NCBI GenBank assembly: GCA_963817525.1
Contig: CAWFOU010000001.1
Span: 960,001-1,024,000, forward strand
DNA length: 64,000 nucleotides
Source: an uncultured archaeon
Lineage (GTDB): Archaea; Thermoproteota; Nitrososphaeria; Nitrososphaerales; Gagatemarchaeaceae
Reading direction: 5' to 3'
Every line of letters begins with the position of its first letter. Within the stretch, counting starts at the first letter, position 1. This document shows positions 28,502-37,113 of the stretch, in pieces. The position numbers and the translations under genes were made by a program. Below the pieces are notes generated by a model. The model did no database searches and was not told where the DNA came from. It worked only from the letters and a program-made list of their open reading frames with translations.

Positions 28502-28704
28502 TCTACCACGTCCTTCTCGTTCATGATGGTCAGGAGCCTGGCGATGTCCATCTTCACGCGCCTTATGGAGCCGCTCTTCTTCTGGATGATGCCCCTCTGC
28601 CTCAGGCCGCTCAGCCTCGCGAGCTCGCCGCGGAGCTCGAAGAGCCTGTCCTGAAGCTCCTTAGGCTCCTGCTGTCTCAACGCCTTTGCTTTCATTCTTG
28701 GCAA
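28498..28704 (-). CDS. rpl29: 50S ribosomal protein uL29
   Basis: ELRGEL...IRRVK.DIARLLT. Confidence 0.92.
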   Translation of the reverse strand: MPRMKAKALRQQEPKELQDRLFELRGELARLSGLRQRGIIQKKSGSIRRVKMDIARLLTIMNEKDVVE

Positions 28705-29608
28705 TTTGTTCCTCTTCCTTTGTGTCCTTCGTCGCTGCCTTCTTCTTGGTGACGCGCTTGCGCGTCGTGGTCGTCGTCTTGGCCGCCTTCTTCGCCTTTG
28801 TCGTCTTCTTCGCCTTGGGCGCCTCTGCTTCCGCCGTCGCGGAGGCTGGTGCTGGGGCTGCCGGCGGTGGGACCTCCACTAGGGTCGCGGCCGGCGCGGA
28901 GACCGCGGCTTCGGCGACGACGACTCGTGGGGCCACTTGAGCGGGCGCGGTTGCTGGCGAGGCTGGAGCTGCCGGCGCGACGGGCGCGGCCTCCTCCGGC
29001 TGCGCCTCGCTGAACTCGATTGGCGGGGGAATGGCGTCCGGAATGGCAATCTTCACCTTGATTCCGAATAAGCCCAGTTTCAGCAGCACGTCAGTGGTCG
29101 CCGACCTGACTATCTCGTCGGCGGTCTCCCCGCTCTTCGGGACGACTCCCATCCTGTACTTTTCCTTGTGAGCCCTGTCGCTCCGCAACTTCCCGGCGAC
29201 GCCGATCTCGCACCCCATCGCCCCTGCCTCCATGATGGTGGTCATGGTCCAGTTGGCGGCCCTCCTGAAGGCCGTGCCCCTGGCGACTATCTGCGCCGTC
29301 CTCTGTGCCATTATCCTGGGATTTAGTTCGGGCCGCTCCACCTCGGAGACGGCTATCTGCGGGTTCGGTAGGTTGAACTTCTGGGCTACCCTCTCGGTCA
29401 ACTCTTTGATGCCCGTGCCCCGCCTGCCTATTGCGAGGCCGGGCCTTGTGACAAAAACTGTGATCCTCGTGCCGACGGGGTTCCTCTGGATGTCGACTCC
29501 CGCGTACCCCGCCTCCTTGAGCTGGGCCTCTAGGTACTCGTCGAGGTCGGCGTAGGTCCTGTGCATCGAAAGCAGGCTCTTGACTGCGCTCTTTTCTACC
29601 TGAGACAT
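28661..29608 (-). CDS. rps3: 30S ribosomal protein uS3 with long Ala/Pro/Lys-rich tail
   Basis: RPGLAIGRRG..I, GCEI.VAGKL. Confidence 0.95.
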   Translation of the reverse strand: MSQVEKSAVKSLLSMHRTYADLDEYLEAQLKEAGYAGVDIQRNPVGTRITVFVTRPGLAIGRRGTGIKELTERVAQKFNLPNPQIAVSEVERPELNPRIMAQRTAQIVARGTAFRRAANWTMTTIMEAGAMGCEIGVAGKLRSDRAHKEKYRMGVVPKSGETADEIVRSATTDVLLKLGLFGIKVKIAIPDAIPPPIEFSEAQPEEAAPVAPAAPASPATAPAQVAPRVVVAEAAVSAPAATLVEVPPPAAPAPASATAEAEAPKAKKTTKAKKAAKTTTTTRKRVTKKKAATKDTKEEEQIAKNESKGVETAGA

Positions 29609-29614
29609 AGCTAC

Positions 29615-30079
29615 CTACTGAGCCTCCTTCGCCACGAACTCGACGTGCACCAGCACGTGGAAGTTCGGGCTGCTTCGCCCGTGCGCCCTCGGGACGTAGT
29701 CCTTTATCACACGCCCGGCCTTTGCGGATGCGTGGATGAGGTGCACCTTGTCCGGGTCGAGGCCCTTGAACTCGCAGTTCCCCCTTAGGTTCTGGAGCAC
29801 GCCGAGGATCCTTCCGGCTGCCTTGACGGGATAGGAGCCCGTGGGGAAGCCCACCAGCTCGCTCCTGTGTCCGACCTTCTTCTTGAATCTCCTGAAGGCG
29901 ATCGGCGCCTTCTTGTCCTCTACGGTCTCGGCGAGTTCGATAGCCTTTGTAAGCGTCATCCCCTTCATCGTGTTGCAGATCTCTCGCGCGGCCTTTGGCG
30001 AGATGTTGAGCTCTCTCCCGCTAGCCCTTACGTGAATAGCTGGGTCGTAACCCTCCATTGTATATCCGAAATTGGGCAC
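29615..30079 (-). CDS. rpl22: 50S ribosomal protein uL22
   Basis: ISPK.AREIC, YP.KAA, PRAHGR. Confidence 0.95.
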   Translation of the reverse strand: MPNFGYTMEGYDPAIHVRASGRELNISPKAAREICNTMKGMTLTKAIELAETVEDKKAPIAFRRFKKKVGHRSELVGFPTGSYPVKAAGRILGVLQNLRGNCEFKGLDPDKVHLIHASAKAGRVIKDYVPRAHGRSSPNFHVLVHVEFVAKEAQ

Positions 30080-30118
30080 TAGCGACTACCGATTCCCTCC
30101 GACCGGCCTGCGGAGTGG

Positions 30119-30125
30119 ATATAAA
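30119..30125 (-). promoter_or_regulatory. TATA box of ribosomal protein operon
   Basis: TTTATAT on minus strand ~40 nt before the rpl22 start. Confidence 0.55.
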
Positions 30126-30256
30126 GCTAACTCAACGAGGGGGATGTCAGTAGCTATTTCCTAGCGGATGCCATCGACATGAGGGCGAACTTTTCTCGAC
30201 GAGACACCAAAGTTTAACGCCCGTCGGTGGCTTACTTTGGGCAGGAGGAGTGAAAC

Positions 30257-31984
30257 ATGGACCGAACTGGCCACGACGTGGTCGTCATCGGCTCCGGGAT
30301 AGCGGGGCTTCGCGCTGCAATCGAAGCCGCTCGGGTGAGCGACGGAAAAGCCGACGTGGCCGTTGTCACCAAGCTCCAGGCGATGCGCTCGCACTCGGTG
30401 AGCGCTGAGGGTGGGACCGCGGCCGTGCTCTACCCTGAGTTGGGGGACTCTCTCGAGTCGCACGTCTTTGACACTGTGAAGGGCTCCGACTACCTCGGCG
30501 ACCAGGACGCGATAGAGCGCTTCGTGAAGGCGATGCCGGGCGAGATCTACCAGCTCGAGCACTGGGGGATGCCCTGGTCGAGGCGTGAGGATGGGAGGAT
30601 CGCGCAGCGCTGGTTCGGGGGCTACAGCTATCCGAGGGCGACCTTCGCCGAGGACAAGGTCGGGTTCCACGAGATGCAGACGCTCTACGACACCTGCACC
30701 GGGTACGGGGACATCTCGTTCTACCAAGAATGGTTCGCGACGTCGGTCATCGTGGAGCAGGGCGAGTTCAGGGGAGTGACCGCAATTGAGATGAAGAGCG
30801 GCGACCTTGTCTCGATATCGGCGAAGGCCGGGATAATCGCAACGGGTGGGGCCGGGAGGCTCTACAGCTTCGCCACCTACGGGCACAGCTCCACCCCCGA
30901 CGGGATCGCGATGGGATACCGCGCGGGCGTCCCGCTCAAGGACATGGAGTTCGTGCAGTTCCACCCCTCGGGGCTCATACCGTCCGGGATACTCATCACG
31001 GAGGGCGCGCGCGCCGACGGGGGCGTGCTCCTCAACAAGGACGGCGAGAGGTTCATGGGGAAGTACGCACCCGAGAAGCTGGAGCTCGCGTCGCGCGACG
31101 TGGTATCGCGCGCGGTGATGACCGAGATCGAGGAGGGCAGGGGCTTCAAGGACGAGAGGAGCGGATACGACTACGTCGAGCTCGACCTGACGAAGATAGG
31201 GGCGGAGAAGCTGAAGGCGAGGCTCGCGGGGATCAGGGAGATCGCCATGAAGTTCAAGGGGATCGACCCGGTCGAAGAGCCGCTCCCGGTCAGGCCGGTC
31301 TGCCACTACATGATGGGCGGGCTGGGCGTCGACATCGACGGCGCGACAGGGGTCAACGGGTTGTGGGCGGCAGGAGAGGCCGCGTGCGTGAGCATCAACG
31401 GGGCGAACAGGCTCGGGGCGAACTCGACTGCGGAGTGCCTCGTCTGGGGGCGCATAACGGGAGCGGAGGCCGCGAGGTTCGCAATGGGGAGGGGCGTCCC
31501 GTCCGCGCCGAGGGAGGCGGTGCTGAAGGAGGAGGCACGGATCTTCGACGGGATATTCCATGGGCGGGGAGGGACCAATCCATACGACGTGAGGGACTCG
31601 GTCCAGAGCGCGATGGACAAGGGGGCCTTTGTGTACAGGACAGATGGAGGAATCGCGGAGGCGCTGAAGTCGGTGAGGGCGCTCAGGGAGACCGACTATC
31701 TGCACTGCGACGACCACAGCAGGCGCTTCAACACGAACCTCACCAACGTCCTCGAGGTCGAGGCGATGCTGATGGCGGCGGAGGTGATACTAAGTTGCGC
31801 CCTGGCGAGGCGCGAGACGAGGGGCGCCCATGCAAGAAGGGACTACCCGAAGAGGGACGACGTCAACTGGCTCAAGCACAGCCTGGCGTTCCACTCGCCC
31901 GAGGAGACGGAGGGAGGGCACGTCAGGCTTGCGTACTCGCCGGTCAAGATAACGCGCTACCAGCCCGCGGAGCGCCACTACTAG
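30257..31984 (+). CDS. sdhA: Succinate dehydrogenase flavoprotein
   Basis: GSGIAG, RSHSVSAEGG (FAD His), QFHPSG, ELASRD, GANRLG. Confidence 0.95.
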   Translation: MDRTGHDVVVIGSGIAGLRAAIEAARVSDGKADVAVVTKLQAMRSHSVSAEGGTAAVLYPELGDSLESHVFDTVKGSDYLGDQDAIERFVKAMPGEIYQLEHWGMPWSRREDGRIAQRWFGGYSYPRATFAEDKVGFHEMQTLYDTCTGYGDISFYQEWFATSVIVEQGEFRGVTAIEMKSGDLVSISAKAGIIATGGAGRLYSFATYGHSSTPDGIAMGYRAGVPLKDMEFVQFHPSGLIPSGILITEGARADGGVLLNKDGERFMGKYAPEKLELASRDVVSRAVMTEIEEGRGFKDERSGYDYVELDLTKIGAEKLKARLAGIREIAMKFKGIDPVEEPLPVRPVCHYMMGGLGVDIDGATGVNGLWAAGEAACVSINGANRLGANSTAECLVWGRITGAEAARFAMGRGVPSAPREAVLKEEARIFDGIFHGRGGTNPYDVRDSVQSAMDKGAFVYRTDGGIAEALKSVRALRETDYLHCDDHSRRFNTNLTNVLEVEAMLMAAEVILSCALARRETRGAHARRDYPKRDDVNWLKHSLAFHSPEETEGGHVRLAYSPVKITRYQPAERHY

Positions 31985-32030
31985 CTTTATTAGAAAACTC
32001 CACGAGAAAGGGGACGGGTGAGCTCGCGAA

Positions 32031-32519
32031 CTGGACGACCAAGGGCACGATCCCGCTGACGAGCCCGGCGCGAAGGCGGCCGCGAACTCGAGGGGCGTCG
32101 CCGGCTGGCTCGACCCGCTCCACCAGAACCTGGAGAGGTGGGCCTACGTCTTCCAGAGGGTCACGGGGCTCGCGGTCCTCGCATACGTCGTGGGGCACAT
32201 CGGGGACACCAGCTTCTTCGTCGGGGGGCCCTTTGGGGAGGGCCCGGACTCGGCGAGTTGGACGCAGGACCTCGGGGTGACGGAGAACGTCCTCGGGCAC
32301 GTCGTCCTGGTGATGGTCGTGCTCGTCGTGGTCTACCACGGGATAAACGGGATGCGGCTGATACTCGCCGAGTACGGAGTGATATTCGACAAGCCCTCGA
32401 AGCCAGACTATCCCTACAAGGCCAAGTCGCTGAGGACAATCCAGAGGCACCTGATCTGGGTCGCCATCATAGCCGCGATACTGGCGGCGCTCTACTCGGG
32501 AGGGATACTGTTTGGGTGA
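32031..32519 (+). CDS. sdhC: Succinate dehydrogenase membrane anchor C
   Basis: QRVTG, YHGINGMR; probable CTG start at 32031 after SD GGTGA. Confidence 0.85.
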   Translation: MDDQGHDPADEPGAKAAANSRGVAGWLDPLHQNLERWAYVFQRVTGLAVLAYVVGHIGDTSFFVGGPFGEGPDSASWTQDLGVTENVLGHVVLVMVVLVVVYHGINGMRLILAEYGVIFDKPSKPDYPYKAKSLRTIQRHLIWVAIIAAILAALYSGGILFG

Positions 32520-32525
32520 GCCCGG

Positions 32526-32876
32526 TTGAGGGAGTCGACGATCATGCAGCTGCAGTACGGGACCGCGATACTCGCCATCGGGCTGGTGACGCTCCACCTC
32601 CTGATGCAAGGGGTGCTGGTCCCCTACGGGGAGGCTATTACGTTCCAGCGCGTCCTCTCCGTCTACAGGAACGCGGTGGACGGGGCGCTCCTCGAGGTCC
32701 TCCTGATAGTTGTGCTCGCGCACGGGTTCAACGGCCTCAGGATAATCCTGCTCGAATGGCGCCAGGGGGCACGGTGGACGAAGGGGGTGAACTGGGCGGT
32801 GCTCTTCGTCGCCCTCGCGCTGATGGCTTACGGGACCCGGACGGTGATACTAGCGGCCACAGGGCAGGTGACCTGA
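32526..32876 (+). CDS. sdhD: Succinate dehydrogenase membrane anchor D
   Basis: 3 TM helices, HGFNGLR. Confidence 0.85.
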   Translation: MRESTIMQLQYGTAILAIGLVTLHLLMQGVLVPYGEAITFQRVLSVYRNAVDGALLEVLLIVVLAHGFNGLRIILLEWRQGARWTKGVNWAVLFVALALMAYGTRTVILAATGQVT

Positions 32877-33679
32877 TGGAAGGGAAAGAGCTCACTCTGG
32901 TCATCCAGAGGTTCGACCCATCCGTCGAGAGGAGCCCGCACCTCGAGAGGTACCAGGTGCCCCTCCGCGACGGGATGACGGTGCTCGACGCCCTGATCTA
33001 CGCGAAGGACCGGCTCGACCACGGGATATCGCTCCGGTTCTCCTGCAGGATGGCCTCCTGCGGGTCATGCGGGATGAGGATCGACGGTAGGCCGCGGCTG
33101 GCCTGCGAGACCCAGGTGGGCAACCTCCGCTCGTCCACGATCACCGTCCAGCCTATGGACAACTTCCCCATCGTCAGGGACCTGGTCGTCGACCTGGAGT
33201 CGTTCTTCTCGAAGCACGCCGCGATGTCGCCCCACCTCGAGAGGGAGGGAGACCCACAGGAGCAGGAATCCCCGAGCGGCGAGTACCTCATGACCCCGGA
33301 GGAGCTGGACTCGTTCGTCCAGTTCACCTATTGCATAAAGTGCGGGCTGTGCAGCTCGTCCTGCCCAACCGCGTCGACCGACGCTCTCTTCCCGGGCCCT
33401 CAGGCACTCGCGCAGGAGTATAGGTACCTGCAGGACCCAAGGGACGAGGGGGGAGAGGAGAGGCTCGACGCCGTGGACAAGGAGCACGGCGTGTGGAGGT
33501 GCCACTTCGCGGGGACGTGCTCCGCGGTCTGCCCCAAGGGGGTGGACCCCGCCCTGGGCGTACAGCTGCTCAAGAGGCACGTGATGGCGGCGAGGTCCCC
33601 GTTCAGGCGGCGGAGGAAAGCGAAAGCCGGGGCGAAGGTCTTCCCCAACCCCAACAAGGACCTGCTAGGGCGAGCCTAG
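32876..33679 (+). CDS. sdhB: Succinate dehydrogenase Fe-S subunit
   Basis: SCRMASCGSCG..C, CIKCGLC...CP, C.....C...CP. Confidence 0.95.
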   Translation: MEGKELTLVIQRFDPSVERSPHLERYQVPLRDGMTVLDALIYAKDRLDHGISLRFSCRMASCGSCGMRIDGRPRLACETQVGNLRSSTITVQPMDNFPIVRDLVVDLESFFSKHAAMSPHLEREGDPQEQESPSGEYLMTPEELDSFVQFTYCIKCGLCSSSCPTASTDALFPGPQALAQEYRYLQDPRDEGGEERLDAVDKEHGVWRCHFAGTCSAVCPKGVDPALGVQLLKRHVMAARSPFRRRRKAKAGAKVFPNPNKDLLGRA

Positions 33680-34086
33680 GGGTCGGTCGGCTCGGCGTAG
33701 TGGGCGCCCAGGTACTCGTAGACGCCCGTCTTCAGCACCTTCACCGAGAGCATGGCGCACTTTATCCTGGCGGGACCGAGGTCTGAGGTCCCCAGCATCT
33801 TGAGGATGTCCTCCCTCGAGAGGTCCTTCACCCAGTCGAGGGGCTTGCCCTTCGCCATCTCCGTGAGCATCGAGGCGGTGGCCTGGCTTATCGCGCAGCC
33901 CTTGCCGACGAACCTTATCTCCTCTATCTTGTCCTTTTCCGGCGAGACGCGGATCTGCATCTCGACCTCGTCGCCGCAGAGCGGGTTGAGGTCCTTGGCG
34001 TCGATGTCGTGGGGATCGAGCTTCCCGAAGTTGCGGGGGTTCCTGTAGTAGTCCAGGATGAGCTCCCGGTAAAAGTCGCTGCTCAA
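33676..34086 (-). CDS. sufU: SufU/IscU-like scaffold
   Basis: NPLCGD, GCAISQA.AS, RIKCA. Confidence 0.9.
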   Translation of the reverse strand: MSSDFYRELILDYYRNPRNFGKLDPHDIDAKDLNPLCGDEVEMQIRVSPEKDKIEEIRFVGKGCAISQATASMLTEMAKGKPLDWVKDLSREDILKMLGTSDLGPARIKCAMLSVKVLKTGVYEYLGAHYAEPTDP

Positions 34087-36776
34087 ACGCAGAACACGCT
34101 CTTGGCCTTTAGGAGGGCGCCTATGAACGCGTCGATGTCTTCCGTCGAGTTGTAGACGTAGAAGCTCGCCCTGCTCGTCCCGGGCACGCCGAGGTGATCC
34201 ATCAGGGGCTGGGCACAGTGGTGCCCTGACCTGATGGCGACGCCTTGCTCGTCGAGCAGCGACGCCATGTCGTGCGGGTGGATGTCAGCAAGGTTGAACG
34301 ATATCACGCCGCCCCTCGCCTCCGGGTCCATCGGGCCGTAGATCTTGACGTTGGGAATGCGCGACATCTTCTCGAAGGCGTATCTCAGAAGGTCCACCTC
34401 GTGCCTCCTCACGTTCTCCATCCCTAGCGCTCCCAGGTACTGGACCGCGACGCCCAGGCCTATGGCGTCGGCGATGTTGGTCGTCCCCGCCTCGAACTTG
34501 TAGGGGACGTCGTTCCACCTCGCCCCGTCGGTGTGCACCTCCTTGATCATGTCTCCGCCTGACTGGAAGGGGTCAATAGAGTCCAAGAGATCCTTCCTCC
34601 CGTAGAGGGCGCCTATCCCAGTAGGGCCGAGCATCTTGTGGCCGGAATTGTGGAGAAGGATTGGGAAGAATCCGCCGAAGAATCGCTCACTGCCTTCGAC
34701 CGAAACATCGTATACCATGCGCTCTCCAGCCGGACTAACTTTTCGCACTTTGACCAGACCGAAATCAGCCAAGGCGAGCCTCTTGTACCTGCTCAGAACT
34801 TGCTGTGTTTCGTGGGATATTGGTTTCTTGTGAGTCGATTCGATCCAGGCAACTGCCTCAAGAATATTTGCGCGAGTGGCTCGCTTCTTCGAAGAGCGCA
34901 GAGTGGAGGCGATTTTCGAGTTGTATTTGGGCCGGGTCATCCGATACGCTTCCCTGAGCGCGTCAACGCAAAGCGTCTTGTCCTTTGGTGCGCCGGGTTT
35001 TGTCGTCCGTCGATGGAACTCTTCTGTGAGCGCCAACTCGCTCCGCTGCAACGTCAGAGAGTACTGATCGTTCCAAGTCTCGACGCGCGACTGGGCGAAG
35101 CCCAGCGTGTTCGAGACTCCGTGAAGCTTCAGAAGCCAGGAGAGTTCGGAAACCAATCTTTTCGAGACAGATTTCACTTTCAGGCGATACATCTCGTTCT
35201 TTGAAGCGTCTCCACGAAGGTAGCCCTTGAGCAATTCGGCGACCATGGTGCGGTCAACCTGCCAGATGAAGCTTGGTAGATGCTTGTCCGCCTTTTTGCC
35301 GCAGAACTTCTCGAAGAAGGAATGCCATTTTGCGCTGTTGAATGAGACATTAGAAGTATGGTTCTCACTGTTGTGGTACGTGTGTGGTCGCATCCTTCGA
35401 GGGATTGACAGTCCCACGGCTTGATTGCTGTCCAGGTACTTCTTCGCGGTCTTCCTGCTGATGCCGGCAGCTTCAGCCGTAGTGGAAAGGCTCGTGCCGC
35501 CCCCTGTTCTGACAACGGTCTCCATCGCCTCGGCATAATAGTAGACCGGATCAAGACCTGCAATCAACCCTCTGGTATCTTCCACGTATTCGACTTCCCT
35601 CTCTGAGAATGTCAGAGATATTCTGTTCTCAGCGGAATCCAATGAGCCCTCTGCGAGGTAGTACCCGATGAGTCGCATGAGTTCTGTTGTTACCCTGACC
35701 CTCTCCTTGACCTTGTGACCGTGATGCGAATATTCGATGTCGAATTCTTCAAGTACGTCGACATCGCTTTGGGACTGCTTGCTCAGAGTGACGAGGTAGT
35801 CACCCTTCTGCAACTTCGAGACCTGTTCCTCGACGATGTCTGAATCTCGCCAAACGTACACGGAATGGTGCCCAGTTGCAAGAATCGGAATAGCGCTACC
35901 TTCATGCTTGATTTCGTAGACACCGTCCAGGTGGGCGAGAGTGCCCCTTATGTCATCAAATCTGGCTCGGGCGTCCGAACCGAGCGTAAGAATCGACACC
36001 TCGTCGCCCCGGTTGTACAGCTCAACTGCCTCCTCGATTGGGACGAGTTGAGTCGATTCACCATGGCGAACCAGCACAGGAGTATCGCCAGTGACAGAGA
36101 AGGCGAGGAAGTCGCAGCCCATCTCCTGGACGTCTACGGGCATGTGCGGCGCGGACTGGGCGGCGTCCACGACCGTGGTCGCGCCCGCCTTCTTCGAGAG
36201 CGAGCACAGCTTCGCGGCGTCGTTTATCGTGCCGAGCACGTTGGAGCAGTGCGTGAACGCGACGAGCGCGGGGGAGAGGCCGAGCAGCCGCTCGAACTCC
36301 GCCATGTCGAGCTCCCCCTCCGCGGTCACGGGGGCGTACTCCAGCCTCGCGCCCTTCTCCTTGGCGAGCAGCTGCCATGGCACCATGTTGCTGTGGTGCT
36401 CCATCAGGGTGATCAGGATCACGTCTCCCCGCTTCACGAACTTCGACCCCCAAGCGAACTTCACGAGGTTGATGGACTCTGTCGTCCCGCGGGTGAAGAT
36501 GACCTGCTGGGGGGCGGGCGCGTTGATGAACTTCGCCACCTTCTTCCTGGAGTTCTCGTAGGTCTCGGTGGCCTCGATGCTGAGCTGGTGGACGCCGCGG
36601 TGGATGTTTGCGTTGTATCGCGAGTAGTAGTCCACCAGCGCGTCGATCACGACCTTGGGCTTTTGCGTGGTCGCCGCGTTGTCGAGGTAAACCAAGCGCT
36701 TGCCCTTGATCTTCCTGCTGAGGATGGGGAAGTCGGCCTTTAGCTTCTCAACATCTACCGTCTTGGATTCGAGCAA
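34083..36776 (-). CDS. sufS: Cysteine desulfurase SufS with intein (413-aa extein)
   Basis: YLDNAATTQKP, MEHHSN, DAAQS, SGHKM.GPTG, RSGHHCA. Confidence 0.95.
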   Translation of the reverse strand: MLESKTVDVEKLKADFPILSRKIKGKRLVYLDNAATTQKPKVVIDALVDYYSRYNANIHRGVHQLSIEATETYENSRKKVAKFINAPAPQQVIFTRGTTESINLVKFAWGSKFVKRGDVILITLMEHHSNMVPWQLLAKEKGARLEYAPVTAEGELDMAEFERLLGLSPALVAFTHCSNVLGTINDAAKLCSLSKKAGATTVVDAAQSAPHMPVDVQEMGCDFLAFSVTGDTPVLVRHGESTQLVPIEEAVELYNRGDEVSILTLGSDARARFDDIRGTLAHLDGVYEIKHEGSAIPILATGHHSVYVWRDSDIVEEQVSKLQKGDYLVTLSKQSQSDVDVLEEFDIEYSHHGHKVKERVRVTTELMRLIGYYLAEGSLDSAENRISLTFSEREVEYVEDTRGLIAGLDPVYYYAEAMETVVRTGGGTSLSTTAEAAGISRKTAKKYLDSNQAVGLSIPRRMRPHTYHNSENHTSNVSFNSAKWHSFFEKFCGKKADKHLPSFIWQVDRTMVAELLKGYLRGDASKNEMYRLKVKSVSKRLVSELSWLLKLHGVSNTLGFAQSRVETWNDQYSLTLQRSELALTEEFHRRTTKPGAPKDKTLCVDALREAYRMTRPKYNSKIASTLRSSKKRATRANILEAVAWIESTHKKPISHETQQVLSRYKRLALADFGLVKVRKVSPAGERMVYDVSVEGSERFFGGFFPILLHNSGHKMLGPTGIGALYGRKDLLDSIDPFQSGGDMIKEVHTDGARWNDVPYKFEAGTTNIADAIGLGVAVQYLGALGMENVRRHEVDLLRYAFEKMSRIPNVKIYGPMDPEARGGVISFNLADIHPHDMASLLDEQGVAIRSGHHCAQPLMDHLGVPGTSRASFYVYNSTEDIDAFIGALLKAKSVFCV
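34647..36098 (-). mobile_element. 484-aa LAGLIDADG intein in SufS
   Basis: Starts SVTGDTPV, block B ATGHHSV, LIGYYLAEG and LKGYLRGD, VYDVSV, ends LLHN followed by Ser+1. Confidence 0.93.
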
Positions 36777-36796
36777 TTGTTCTTCTCACGGGCCGC

Positions 36797-37105
36797 CTAG
36801 ATCTCTACGAAAATGCTGCCTTCCTCTATTTTAACATTGTAATTCTTCAGCGGCTCGACCGCTGGTGGGTTGTAGACCTCGCCCGTCCTGAGGTCGAACT
36901 GCGATAGGTGGAGCTGGCAGACGACGCGCTCCTCGACCATAAACCCCTCCGCGAGCCGAGACTCCTCGTGCGTGCAGATCCCGTCGACGGCGTAGACCTC
37001 TCCGCCCAGGTTTGAGAGGAGAAGCTCCTTCCCTTCGACCTGGACCCCGGCCATGGTCCCCGGCGCGAGCTTTGAGAGCTCGATCGTCTTCACGAAGCGC
37101 GGCAA
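36797..37105 (-). CDS. Rieske-type ferredoxin
   Basis: CTHE...CQLHLSQFD..TG. Confidence 0.9.
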   Translation of the reverse strand: MPRFVKTIELSKLAPGTMAGVQVEGKELLLSNLGGEVYAVDGICTHEESRLAEGFMVEERVVCQLHLSQFDLRTGEVYNPPAVEPLKNYNVKIEEGSIFVEI

Positions 37106-37113
37106 CTCCTCGC

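Noticed and set aside
25852-28526. Long plus-strand ORFs (427 and 502 aa), and similar ones at 30161-31717 and 40085-41104
   Set aside because: Antisense shadows of conserved genes in high-GC DNA
32138-32875. N-terminal extension of SdhB (likewise those of Cbf5, DUF106, Rieske and GNAT in the ORF track)
   Set aside because: Out-of-frame overlap with upstream genes; the true starts are downstream
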